A stretch of DNA of 45,391 nucleotides from a virus (lineage: Duplodnaviria > Heunggongvirae > Uroviricota > Caudoviricetes): positions 1 through 45,391 of IMG/VR virus record IMGVR_UViG_2778261297_000007; one strand, 5' to 3'. Below, piece by piece: positions 8,709-17,407 of the stretch. The translations under genes were made by a program, and so were the position numbers. The notes beneath the pieces were generated by a model. It was not told the DNA's origin, searched no databases, and was given only the letters and a program-made list of their open reading frames with translations. Numbering within the stretch: position 1 is the first letter of the stretch; each line of letters opens with the position of its first letter.

Positions 8709-8925
8709 TGCGGCGAACCTCCTCCTCTAAGCTCATAACAATTTCCTCTTCTTTTTCGGTCCAATCATTAATTTCTCCAGCAATGTCATAAACAAGAGAG
8801 CAAATAGTTTTAAGTTGGAAATGGTCCAGTTTGTCGTGATATTCAAATAATGCTTGCGTCAAGCCTGACAACTTCTCCGCTTTGATATTCACTTCCTGAA
8901 TATCCTGTCTTTTTAAAACACCCAT
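8701..8925 (-). CDS. Hypothetical acidic protein
   Basis: 74-aa ORF overlapping the downstream start. Confidence 0.35.
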   Translation of the reverse strand: MGVLKRQDIQEVNIKAEKLSGLTQALFEYHDKLDHFQLKTICSLVYDIAGEINDWTEKEEEIVMSLEEEVRRNG

Positions 8926-9031
8926 AATTAACGACCATATGCTTTTTTAATATAAAGACGAGCGATTACCTCGTAACCGCAGGCTGCATAAAGGCATGCT
9001 GTTCTGTATGCCGTCTTATCCTTGATGAAAG

Positions 9032-9424
9032 TCATACGAAGCGCCTCACAGCCAAAGAAGCGACTACCCGACCGTGAATTTTGATTTCTTTCTGTTCATT
9101 GGTGTTGAGGGTGAAAGTTTCGTAATGATGGTTATCTGAGATGATTTTTAATGAGCCATCAGCTAATGGCTCGATTCTCTTAATGAAAAGGCATGGGCGA
9201 CCAAAAGCATCCATTGTGTAAACATAAATGCCAGAGGTAAGCGCACGTCCACCGCAATCAACGAAAGCCACAACCTCACATGGTTCTATGGTCGGCTGCA
9301 TTGAATCACCTTCCATCCGGCAGCTTTGAACGCGGTTGCCAAAGTCATTAATGTTGTCAGATCCGAACAGCATTTGAGGTGTTTTAACTGGCTGATTAAT
9401 TGCGACGGAATTTTGCATTTTCAT
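9032..9424 (-). CDS. S24 (LexA/UmuD-like) peptidase-domain protein without HTH
   Basis: Contains the GDSM(QPTI) serine motif and a downstream Lys (FIKRIEP) typical of S24 self-cleaving peptidases; only 130 aa, no DNA-binding domain. Confidence 0.55.
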   Translation of the reverse strand: MKMQNSVAINQPVKTPQMLFGSDNINDFGNRVQSCRMEGDSMQPTIEPCEVVAFVDCGGRALTSGIYVYTMDAFGRPCLFIKRIEPLADGSLKIISDNHHYETFTLNTNEQKEIKIHGRVVASLAVRRFV

Positions 9425-9484
9425 TTCCTAAGGGTGAGTTTGTCCCCACCAAGAAAGGTGTTAATTAAATAATGTTAATTAATT

Positions 9485-9916
9485 TTAAATTTTGTCGGCT
9501 TGCTTGCAGATGGTTTCTTGCAAGTCGTCTAATTTTTCATAAACGATAGTTAGTGTACCGATAGCCGACAATTCCGGAGGCATGCAATCCATAGCGTTAG
9601 ATAAAGCCATTCTGCAATTGCCAATATCAGCAGACCATGAGTTAAGTTGATTGGACGTTATAATACTTGTTGGTTCTGTAAATTCACCGCACTGCTCGTT
9701 GCCTGAAATGAGCCACAGAACATCAGAATGAAGAATGTTAGCCAATTGGATTAACTGGTCAGCAAACGGAACTGTTTTTTCCGTTTCCCAGTTGTTAATG
9801 GTTTCGGTTGTTAAACCAAGATGATCAGCCAAAAAATCCTGAGAGAGTCGAAGCGAAGATCTTTGATTTAATATTCTTTTGCCGATGGTTTTGGCTACGG
9901 TGATTTGAGTATTCAT
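9485..9916 (-). CDS. XRE-family HTH transcriptional regulator
   Basis: N-terminal HTH (ILNQRSSLRLSQDFLADHLGLTTETINNWETEK) and first gene after the PL-like promoter/operator. Confidence 0.55.
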   Translation of the reverse strand: MNTQITVAKTIGKRILNQRSSLRLSQDFLADHLGLTTETINNWETEKTVPFADQLIQLANILHSDVLWLISGNEQCGEFTEPTSIITSNQLNSWSADIGNCRMALSNAMDCMPPELSAIGTLTIVYEKLDDLQETICKQADKI

Positions 9917-9948
9917 TTCATTGGCTCCGTTGTTTGCCGATGAATGAA

Positions 9949-9982
9949 CTTTAAGTCACGCAATAACTTATTGCAATAACAA
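9949..9982 (-). promoter_or_regulatory. PL-like promoter with operator repeats (TTGCAATAAC / AATAACTTATT)
   Basis: On the minus strand: TTGCAA -35, 17-bp spacer, TAAAGT -10; overlaps direct repeats GCAATAAC-TTAT-TGCAATAAC that share the AAGTTATT core with the cI-cro operators. Confidence 0.35.
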
Positions 9983-10065
9983 AACTTATTTTTATTTTGC
10001 AATTTGGTTTAATGCATTGATTTTTCTGATTAAATTTTATTGTTTTACTGCATGTATACAGCTAT

Positions 10066-10096
10066 TGATAAAGAAAAAGCCGCTTTTCAGCGGCTT
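10066..10096 (-). terminator. Rho-independent terminator downstream of cI
   Basis: Hairpin aagccgc-ttttca-gcggctt followed on the minus strand by a T-rich run. Confidence 0.45.
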
Positions 10097-10117
10097 CAAA
10101 AGGTGTGGTGTTGAAGG

Positions 10118-10816
10118 TTAGAGCCTATTGTAATTGATTGATTCGTGCATTATGGCTTTACCCATCACGTAAAGGTCATCCTGGTTTTCTTCCGTGATAT
10201 ACCATTTCTCATATGCTGGGTTATCCGATAACACTGCTAGCCTGTTTCCCTGCATCTGGAGTCGTTTTAGGTGAAATGTTTTACCAAAAACAAAGACATA
10301 TACACCATCTGTTAGAAAGTGTCGGACGGAAATGTCAACGAAGACACGATCACCGGAATTGAATGTGCTGGCCATGCTGTCGCCATTGACTGTCATTACT
10401 TTTACGACATCTTCACTACGATTTCCAAAAAGGGATTTTGCGTGTTCAGTAGTGAACTCTATAGCATGTAAAACCTCAACATATTCTGAAAGCATAAACG
10501 TGCCAGGCCCAGCACTCACCGAAAGGTCAAGAACTTCGACCCTGAATATGCCAGCGTTATCCTTTACTTCCCTGTCGGGCATAGTCTCTATCACATACCC
10601 CTGTCTGTGGGGTACATGATTTTTCCCGGTAGAAAGCCATTCAGGGCTTACACCCAGCGCATTCGCAATCTCAACCAGCTTACGTGTTGTGTTGGTTTTG
10701 CCTGCAACAAGGCGCCAGATAGCTGGTTGCGAAACCCCAACTTTCATCGCTAATTCTGCCTGTGTAAGGCCAGCGTCAACCATCGCTTTTTGAAGACGAT
10801 CTGAGAATGTGTTCAT
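10118..10816 (-). CDS. cI: CI-like repressor (HTH + S24 peptidase)
   Basis: N-terminal HTH (LTQAELAMKVGVSQPAIWRL) plus C-terminal S24 domain with GDSM motif and Lys (FHLKRL); divergent from a cro-like gene. Confidence 0.8.
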   Translation of the reverse strand: MNTFSDRLQKAMVDAGLTQAELAMKVGVSQPAIWRLVAGKTNTTRKLVEIANALGVSPEWLSTGKNHVPHRQGYVIETMPDREVKDNAGIFRVEVLDLSVSAGPGTFMLSEYVEVLHAIEFTTEHAKSLFGNRSEDVVKVMTVNGDSMASTFNSGDRVFVDISVRHFLTDGVYVFVFGKTFHLKRLQMQGNRLAVLSDNPAYEKWYITEENQDDLYVMGKAIMHESINYNRL

Positions 10817-10925
10817 ACCAATAAGCCTATACAAAAAGTTATTAAGTGGCAAATACGATAAGTTATTGCATAAAGTTATTCAAGGTTATACTCTTTCCTT
10901 GTGTTCAATAACTTTTGGTATTTTT
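10817..10925. promoter_or_regulatory. Divergent cI/cro promoter-operator region with four AAGTTATT operator half-site repeats
   Basis: aaagttattaag, aagttattgcataaagttattcaagg and inverted caataactttt; candidate -10 TATACT at 10888-10893 for cro. Confidence 0.55.
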
Positions 10926-11153
10926 ATGATCAATCAACATGTCAAGAGAGCTATCGATATTCTCGGCGGACAAGCTGCATTAGCAAGGGCTTGTGGGGTT
11001 ACTCAACCAGCTGTTTTTCGCTGGCTTAATGGTAGCCGGGTTAAGGCTGATCATGTCATGTCCATTGTTAAAGCTACTGGTGGCGAAGTTAAAGCCTACC
11101 AGATCCGCCCAGACCTTCCAGACACATTCCCTCATCCGGGAAATGAGGTGTGA
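10926..11153 (+). CDS. cro: Cro-like HTH regulator
   Basis: 75-aa protein (…GGQAALARACGVTQPAVFRWLNGSR…) divergent from cI. Confidence 0.65.
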   Translation: MINQHVKRAIDILGGQAALARACGVTQPAVFRWLNGSRVKADHVMSIVKATGGEVKAYQIRPDLPDTFPHPGNEV

Positions 11154-11161
11154 GGTGTGAT

Positions 11162-11371
11162 ATGTCGCACTCAATCACTACCGAAAACCAAGTTAAGCCA
11201 TTGGATATCGATTATCGCGATCCGCGCGGTGTGATTGTGCATGTCACCGGCTGGAATCGGGATAAACAGCAGGTGTACTTCACCAGGCAGAATTATCCGC
11301 ATGAATGTATGCAGCCTGTCTGGAAGTTCCAACAATATTTTACGAAGGTCTCGGAGGCGCAAAATGCGTGA
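11162..11371 (+). CDS. Hypothetical protein
   Basis: 69-aa ORF with GAGGTG RBS directly after cro. Confidence 0.4.
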   Translation: MSHSITTENQVKPLDIDYRDPRGVIVHVTGWNRDKQQVYFTRQNYPHECMQPVWKFQQYFTKVSEAQNA

Positions 11372-12386
11372 TTACGGAAAGGTGTCTCCTCACTTCTGGA
11401 TTGGCAGAACAGGCAAAGAGCTGCGTCAGGCTGGGCCAGAGTCTCAGCTTGTGGCGTTGTACCTGCTTACCAGTCCGCACGCCAATATGATCGGTCTTTA
11501 TTACATGCCCCTTGCGTTCCTGTCTCATGAGACTGGATTAACCATGGAAGGGGCTAAGAAGGGGCTTAATAGCGCCATTAAAGCCGGGTTTTGTAAGTAC
11601 GACGAGCATTCAGAGATGGTGTGGGTCATCGAAATGGCAACGCATCAAATCGGCGAGGCACTGAAACCCGGAGACAAGCGCTGTACTGGAGTACAGAACG
11701 AATACAACAAAGTATCGGATAACCTCTTTCTTTCAGAGTTTTACGAGAAATATTCGAAGCAGTTCAATATGACTTGCCCCCGTAGTAGTGAGCTCCAGAT
11801 CCCGGATGTAAATGAAGGGGCTTTAAAGGGGCTTGCAAGCCAAGAGCAGGAACAGGAGCAGGAGAAAGAACAAGATCAAACTACTTTGTCCGATTCGAAT
11901 CGGACCGATGGCGATAAACCTGACGAGTTGAAAGGTCAACCTGCACAGGGGAAACCTGATTCAAAATCTGATGATGCTGAGAGCCCAGATCCAGTCGATG
12001 CCGCTTTCGAAAATATTTTTTGGGGGGCTGGACTGAGGAAGGATGCCAAGGTCAAGGCTAAGTCAGCGTTCAGGACCAAATATCGCGACTGGAAAAAAGC
12101 GAACCGAGGTACGCCTGAGAACTTCGCCGTTATGCTGGCTGAAGATATCAGCCTCCGGGTGAAAACACAGCAAATGGGGTTCGACAAACTCCTGCCAGCG
12201 TCATACCTGAACGGAGAGCGCTGGAACGATGAAAAACCAAATGGAGCTCCTCAGATATCCGCAAGCGCAAACGCCATCGGTGGGACAGGTGCTTCCTGGT
12301 TCGCAAAACCAAGTGACGGTTCGGCTGAGGTATTTATCAGCCAGGCAGCCATTGACCGCATGAAGCGCGGAGCTAACCGCCCATGA
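11364..12386 (+). CDS. Putative replication/replisome-organiser protein with acidic EQ-repeat linker
   Basis: Start at ATG 11364 with GGAGG RBS; precedes the primase-helicase; contains low-complexity QEQEQEQEKEQDQ stretch. Function inferred from position only. Confidence 0.4.
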   Translation: MRDYGKVSPHFWIGRTGKELRQAGPESQLVALYLLTSPHANMIGLYYMPLAFLSHETGLTMEGAKKGLNSAIKAGFCKYDEHSEMVWVIEMATHQIGEALKPGDKRCTGVQNEYNKVSDNLFLSEFYEKYSKQFNMTCPRSSELQIPDVNEGALKGLASQEQEQEQEKEQDQTTLSDSNRTDGDKPDELKGQPAQGKPDSKSDDAESPDPVDAAFENIFWGAGLRKDAKVKAKSAFRTKYRDWKKANRGTPENFAVMLAEDISLRVKTQQMGFDKLLPASYLNGERWNDEKPNGAPQISASANAIGGTGASWFAKPSDGSAEVFISQAAIDRMKRGANRP

Positions 12387-12489
12387 AAAGAATCCTCAAA
12401 CGTCTACTGGTTGCTGGCTATAACCGCGGCTTTTTGCGTGAGGAATTCGTGACTATGTGCTTTATAAAATTCGATTTACGGAGTGTGTG

Positions 12490-14361
12490 ATGACCCCTGC
12501 TGAGTTATCTGAAAAATTGTGGGACAACGCCGAAAGAGTTGCGAAATACCTGCTTCCACGAGGACACCTCGAGGGCAAGGAGTGGTGCGCTGGTAATACC
12601 AATGGTGATGCCGGTAAGAGCCTGAAAATTAATCTCGGTGGTAAGAAGACTTGGGCAGATTTTGCAAGCGGCGACAGCGGAGACCTGCTTGATCTTTGGG
12701 TGCTGGTGCGTAACTGCCAGCTGCACGACGCTATGCGGGAAGCGAAAGAGTTCCTTGGGCTGAAGGACGACGATAACCACTTCGAGGCGAAGAAAAAAAC
12801 CTTCTCACGGCCAACCAAAAAAGGCGTTAAAAAGGCGAGCCATTGCTACGACTACCTCTCTTCCCGTGGCATCACCCGAGAGACAGCTGATCAATTCCGT
12901 GTTTCGGACGCAGTCGTCTGGTACCACGATGAAAACCGCGAAATTCCGGCAGTGGCGTTTCCGTATCTTCGCAACGGTGAGCTTTTGCAGGTAAAGCGAA
13001 TCGGCACTGAACGACCAAATGGCAAAAAGTTGATCATGGCTGAAGCTGATTGCGAGCCATGTCTGTTTGGCTGGCAGGCTATGGACGCGAAAGCTCGCGC
13101 TGTTGTGCTTTGCGAAGGAGAGATTGACTGTATGACCTACTCGCAATTCGGTATCAGTGCTCTATCGGTACCGTTCGGCGGTGGAAAAGGGGCCAAACAG
13201 CAATGGATCGAATACGAGTATCACAACCTCGACCGATTCGAAGAAATTTGGTTAAGCCTCGATAACGATGATGTAGGGCGCGAAGCCGCAAAAGAAATTG
13301 CTCGTCGCCTGGGGGAGCATCGTTGCCGCCTGGTAGAGCTGCCGCACAAAGATATCAATGAATGTCTGACCTCCGGGATGAGCGAGGATGAAATCTGGCA
13401 CTACTTGGGGACCGCTAAATTCTTCGACCCTGATGAACTCTGCTCTGCGGGTGATCTCCTTCAGGAAACACTGGATGCATTCGAGCATCGAGATGTTGGA
13501 TTATTTTCCAGCCCGTGGGATTCGCTGAACAGTAATTTCAAATTCCGCGCCGGAGAGCTGACGCTGGTTAACGGAGTAAACGGCCACGGAAAAACCGAGC
13601 TGGTGGGACATATCGCCGTCAATGCCATGAGCCAGGGAGTCCGGGTATGCATTGCCTCGCTGGAGCTTAAGCCTGGGAAAATGTTGGCTCGTCTTACCCG
13701 GCAAACCATTTGTAGAAAAAACCCAGAACGTACTGAAATCATCATGACTAACGAGTGGTTTTCTGATCGTCTTTGGGTGTTCAAACTCACCGGAACAGCC
13801 AAGGCCGATCGACTGTTGGAAATATTTGCCTATGCCAGACGCCGCTATGGAATCGATCTTTTCGTTATCGACAACTTGGCAAAATGTGGACTCGATGAGG
13901 AGGACTACGGTGGACAAAAAGAATTTATCGATACCCTCTGCGACTTTAAAAACGAGCACAACTGCCATGTTCTGCTGGTAACGCATGCCAGAAAAACAAA
14001 CGAAGCTGCACCAACAGGGAAAATGGATGTTAAAGGCACTGGCGCTTTAACTGACATGCCCGACAACGTTATGGCGGTCTGGCGTAATATCCCGCGCGAA
14101 CTGGCGCAGCGCAAAGCTGAAAGAATGGGGTATGAGAGCCTTGATAAGGACGAACAGACTGCTATCCAAATGCCCGCTTCGATGATCCGCCTGTTGAAAC
14201 AACGTGAAGGGGAAGGCTGGATCGGAGACATAGGGGCTAACTTTGATTCCCGCTCACACCAGTTTATCGAGGGTGATAAAGGGCCCTTCAATTACTTGGC
14301 CGGCAAACAGCAAAGTGAACTTGATATTGAGTGGGAAGCCACCAACGCAACGAGGTATTAA
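12490..14361 (+). CDS. Bifunctional primase/helicase (Toprim primase + RecA/DnaB-like NTPase)
   Basis: Toprim-like acidic motifs (EGEIDCMT, LDNDDVG) in the N-half and a Walker A (GVNGHGKTE) in the C-half. Confidence 0.65.
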   Translation: MTPAELSEKLWDNAERVAKYLLPRGHLEGKEWCAGNTNGDAGKSLKINLGGKKTWADFASGDSGDLLDLWVLVRNCQLHDAMREAKEFLGLKDDDNHFEAKKKTFSRPTKKGVKKASHCYDYLSSRGITRETADQFRVSDAVVWYHDENREIPAVAFPYLRNGELLQVKRIGTERPNGKKLIMAEADCEPCLFGWQAMDAKARAVVLCEGEIDCMTYSQFGISALSVPFGGGKGAKQQWIEYEYHNLDRFEEIWLSLDNDDVGREAAKEIARRLGEHRCRLVELPHKDINECLTSGMSEDEIWHYLGTAKFFDPDELCSAGDLLQETLDAFEHRDVGLFSSPWDSLNSNFKFRAGELTLVNGVNGHGKTELVGHIAVNAMSQGVRVCIASLELKPGKMLARLTRQTICRKNPERTEIIMTNEWFSDRLWVFKLTGTAKADRLLEIFAYARRRYGIDLFVIDNLAKCGLDEEDYGGQKEFIDTLCDFKNEHNCHVLLVTHARKTNEAAPTGKMDVKGTGALTDMPDNVMAVWRNIPRELAQRKAERMGYESLDKDEQTAIQMPASMIRLLKQREGEGWIGDIGANFDSRSHQFIEGDKGPFNYLAGKQQSELDIEWEATNATRY

Positions 14362-14362
14362 A

Positions 14363-14674
14363 ATGGATCGCCTAATTAGAGAAATGTCGTATCTCTTTAC
14401 CAAGCAGCGTTTTATGGAGCTTCAGGAAACGGCAAAAGACATCGCAATCGGTCATAGTGATTTTCCTGAGTGTTTCGGTCTTATTGCTGACGCCATCGCT
14501 GAATTTGTTGAAGACACTCCTGATGATGAGTGGCGAGAGCATGAAAAAATCCTTATGCACTACGTTGCTATGCGTGTTCTGACGCTGTGGGGTAACGGCG
14601 ATAAAGTGACTGATGTCCAGTGGGCGCACCCTGGCTGGTTTGGCACTGCTGAAAAGGGGGAAACCATTCAATGA
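14363..14674 (+). CDS. Hypothetical protein
   Basis: 103-aa ORF with GAGG RBS, translationally coupled to Q. Confidence 0.4.
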   Translation: MDRLIREMSYLFTKQRFMELQETAKDIAIGHSDFPECFGLIADAIAEFVEDTPDDEWREHEKILMHYVAMRVLTLWGNGDKVTDVQWAHPGWFGTAEKGETIQ

Positions 14675-15507
14675 AGTTGGAAGCATCACTAAAACACTTT
14701 AGCCCTCAGGGTGTGCACATCAGCGACGACGTGAAAGGAACCTCTCCGGACCGCCTTACAGGAACAGATGTAATGGCGGCAATTGGCACCACCAGCAGCC
14801 GTGCGCGCTTCGGACTGGCGGCGTTCTTCGGTAAAGCGGGAATCAGCAAAACGGATGAACAGCTCGCAGTTCAGGCGCTGGCGCGATATGCGATGGATGT
14901 CGCACCGAAGAATGTTCGCAAAGCAGCTGGTGGGCAGTTCGGATGGTGCATGCAGATGTTGGCACAATTTGCCTTTGCTGATTATTCACGTTCGGCGGCT
15001 ACAAGCGTGACGTGTCACAGCTGCAGTGGTACCGGACGAACAACCCGCGAACAGATTACCCGCAAGGTTTCGTACCCATGGGGTAAAGCTCCATACTGGG
15101 CCTGCCGCTCTCGTGCTGTTCGACCGTCTGACTGGGAGCAGTGGATGGAGGTAACAGAGGTTGTACCGGCGGTCTGTGATGCTTGCGAAGGCAAGGGAAC
15201 GATCAGCGCCCGTTGTCGTTGCGGCGGTAAAGGCGAGGTTCTAGACCGCAAGGCCACAAGCGAGCGCGGCGCGCCGGTGTTTAAAACCTGCGAGCGCTGC
15301 AGCGGAAATGGATTTTCTGCGGTGCCGTCTACCGCAGCCTATAAAGTGATACTGAAGCGCGTTCCGGATCTGCACGTCAGAACATGGACTCGCAACTGGA
15401 AACCGTTTCTTGAGGCGCTGGTAAGCATTTGTCAGCAGGAGGAGGGAAACGCCGCAAGAGAATTTCAATCTGCAACCAGTTTAGGCGAAGAAGGTGACGA
15501 AATTTAG
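14671..15507 (+). CDS. Q: Antitermination protein Q-like (zinc-finger type)
   Basis: Cys-rich CxxC clusters (CHSCSGTG, CDACEGKG, CERCSGNG); located between the replication and lysis modules as for lambdoid Q. Confidence 0.6.
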   Translation: MKLEASLKHFSPQGVHISDDVKGTSPDRLTGTDVMAAIGTTSSRARFGLAAFFGKAGISKTDEQLAVQALARYAMDVAPKNVRKAAGGQFGWCMQMLAQFAFADYSRSAATSVTCHSCSGTGRTTREQITRKVSYPWGKAPYWACRSRAVRPSDWEQWMEVTEVVPAVCDACEGKGTISARCRCGGKGEVLDRKATSERGAPVFKTCERCSGNGFSAVPSTAAYKVILKRVPDLHVRTWTRNWKPFLEALVSICQQEEGNAAREFQSATSLGEEGDEI

Positions 15508-15596
15508 CATTATTACGACATAAGGCTTGATTTTGTCCGAAGTTGTCGTGTATGCTTCTAATCATGCGGAGTAACGCCTGAAAGATTTCAACAATA

Positions 15597-15618
15597 AGCC
15601 CCTTGCGGGGCTTTTTTA
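15597..15618. terminator. Hairpin terminator between Q and the convergent moron
   Basis: aagcccc-ttgc-ggggctt followed by T6 on the plus strand; overlaps the moron stop codon. Confidence 0.5.
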
Positions 15619-16566
15619 TGGCAGCGAGTTAACGAAAGAACTGAAAAGGGCCTTATCTTTATTGCTAATTGATTTTTTCAAATGTAGTTGATGATTTAAA
15701 GGTTTAAAGTTTTCCTTTGTGAGATATATACATGCTTTCTCAAAACGATCCTGAAGGAATTGAAATCTTTCATTCAGCCTGGAAACTTTTAATCCTAATG
15801 ACATGACCTTCTTCTCAGGAATATCGTCAGGATTGCAATTATTGAGTTCTTCCAGCACAAGGCGAATATCTCTTTCGAAGATTAGCGCTATGTTATAATC
15901 GTTGAGGAGGCATTCAGGATTACGAACAATGCCAATTACTTCGTCGATGAATTGTGGTTTTACATTATCCTCAGCATTTTCATCTTCGTTATCGGAAGGT
16001 TTTTGAGACATAACATTCGACAACTGCATTTCTTCCTTGGTTTTCCTTCTGGGAAGTAAAACTTTTCCATCTCCTAAAGCAGCCATACGTTTCAAAGCTT
16101 GACTCCCGGCTCGGCCAACTACTTTAGAATCTCTTAAATCTAAAATTTTATGTGCGACCCATTCTAATGATGGTTCACTGGCTTCGATTTTGGCTTTTGC
16201 TTGGTAATGGAGAAAAATATTTTTCTTGGCTTCCTTGAGGGCTGTTAGATATCTGTGGAAATTTGCCTTTTTCTCGAGGTCAGTGGCTAGGTTTTCAAAT
16301 GCTATACCGAAGACTTTTGTACCGCAAACGTGACCCAGGTTCGTCTCCAGACCATCCTCAGTAAGAACAAGAAACCCTTTTTTATGGCCTGTTCGACAGC
16401 TCGACTTGCCACACGGGATTTCTTCCGGGAGGTCATCATAATAACCAAAAACATCGGATAATTGTTGATCGGTCAGTTCCAGCCTGGAATGATAGCTTTC
16501 CCGAGCTTGAATTTCTGTCCAGTCATTAATGCGATCAAAGCTATTGCCGTTTTTAATAAAAATCAT
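15616..16566 (-). CDS. Moron: 316-aa protein of unknown function (AT-rich, Cys/His cluster near N-terminus)
   Basis: Long ORF on the opposite strand to the flanking late/regulatory genes, low GC, no recognisable domain; N-terminal PCGKSSCRTGHKKG...GHVCG motif. Confidence 0.55.
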   Translation of the reverse strand: MIFIKNGNSFDRINDWTEIQARESYHSRLELTDQQLSDVFGYYDDLPEEIPCGKSSCRTGHKKGFLVLTEDGLETNLGHVCGTKVFGIAFENLATDLEKKANFHRYLTALKEAKKNIFLHYQAKAKIEASEPSLEWVAHKILDLRDSKVVGRAGSQALKRMAALGDGKVLLPRRKTKEEMQLSNVMSQKPSDNEDENAEDNVKPQFIDEVIGIVRNPECLLNDYNIALIFERDIRLVLEELNNCNPDDIPEKKVMSLGLKVSRLNERFQFLQDRFEKACIYLTKENFKPLNHQLHLKKSISNKDKALFSSFVNSLP

Positions 16567-16690
16567 ATCTTCCCTTGCTCTGGTTAGATTGAAAGCACTG
16601 CCGCTTGATATTTAACCATTTCCCTGATTGTTTTTCATCATAAAACCATATTATTGCAAGGGTAGTTTTACCTATGTATCTTCTTGCTCC

Positions 16691-16767
16691 CGGCCCTTTA
16701 GCTCAGTTGGTTAGAGCGTGCGACTCATAATCGCCCGGTCGCTGGTTCAAGTCCAGCAAGGGCCACC
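16691..16767 (+). tRNA. tRNA-Ile2 (CAU, ileX-like; may score as tRNA-Met)
   Basis: Cloverleaf with anticodon loop CTCATAA; close to the E. coli ileX sequence as recalled; ends in CCA. Confidence 0.7.
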
Positions 16768-16769
16768 AG

Positions 16770-16844
16770 ACCGCCACTAGCTCATCGGGAAGAGCGGCAA
16801 CCCAGGTGTTGTGGTACGGGGTTCGAGGCTCCGGTGGCGGACCA
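16770..16844 (+). tRNA. tRNA-like sequence with anomalous anticodon arm (possible pseudo-tRNA or unusual tRNA)
   Basis: Good 7-bp acceptor stem, D arm and T arm (TTCGAGG loop), CCA end; by hand-folding the anticodon loop is 6 nt (CCAGGT), so the anticodon is unresolved. Confidence 0.4.
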
Positions 16845-16846
16845 CT

Positions 16847-16922
<76 letters not shown>

Positions 16923-16925
16923 TAT

Positions 16926-17000
<75 letters not shown>

Positions 17001-17380
17001 GTTTAAGCTTTTCGGTCTGCGATGATGGGTTCCCCGGAGTGACTGGAAAGCGACCTGGTTTTGAATGGGCGCTGCTTTTTGCAAAATTGCTGTGTGAAAA
17101 TACTGACCTTTGGGTTCAGCGCTCATCCAAAAGCATCACGTGAATTCACCAACGCTCATGTACTCTCCAGGAAACAATAAGTGATTCTGAAAAGTTCCGG
17201 TTAGATATTGCCCCGGTCACCGGATGATTTTATCTTTTGGTTCGTGGTGAATCCTCCTATGCGGCGGGGCGTCCAGTCAAACTTTTTTGTCCAGGTTTGT
17301 TTGCGCGGAACTAGTCGGCTGGGGCTGTTCCACCGGGAGGCACCCGGCGCCACCTCCTTGACGGTATTGTTATTTTTCAT

Positions 17381-17407
17381 GCCTGTTCGTCCGAGCAGGC
17401 TTTTTTT
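17381..17407 (+). terminator. Strong rho-independent terminator (candidate tR'-like)
   Basis: gcctgttcgtccgagcaggc hairpin followed by T7 in the long non-coding stretch between the tRNAs and the holin. Confidence 0.5.

Noticed and set aside
10816-10852. Upstream ATG (10852) as the cI start
   Set aside because: It would place the first 12 codons across the operator repeats; the ATG at 10816 gives a typical CI N-terminus, so the shorter CDS was preferred.
15616-16566. Possibility that the Q-proximal 316-aa moron is a Shiga-toxin A subunit (similar size and genomic neighbourhood near Q and tRNAs)
   Set aside because: No resemblance to StxA sequence as recalled, no signal peptide, no adjacent B-subunit gene, and it is on the opposite strand upstream of the tRNAs rather than between the tRNAs and the holin.
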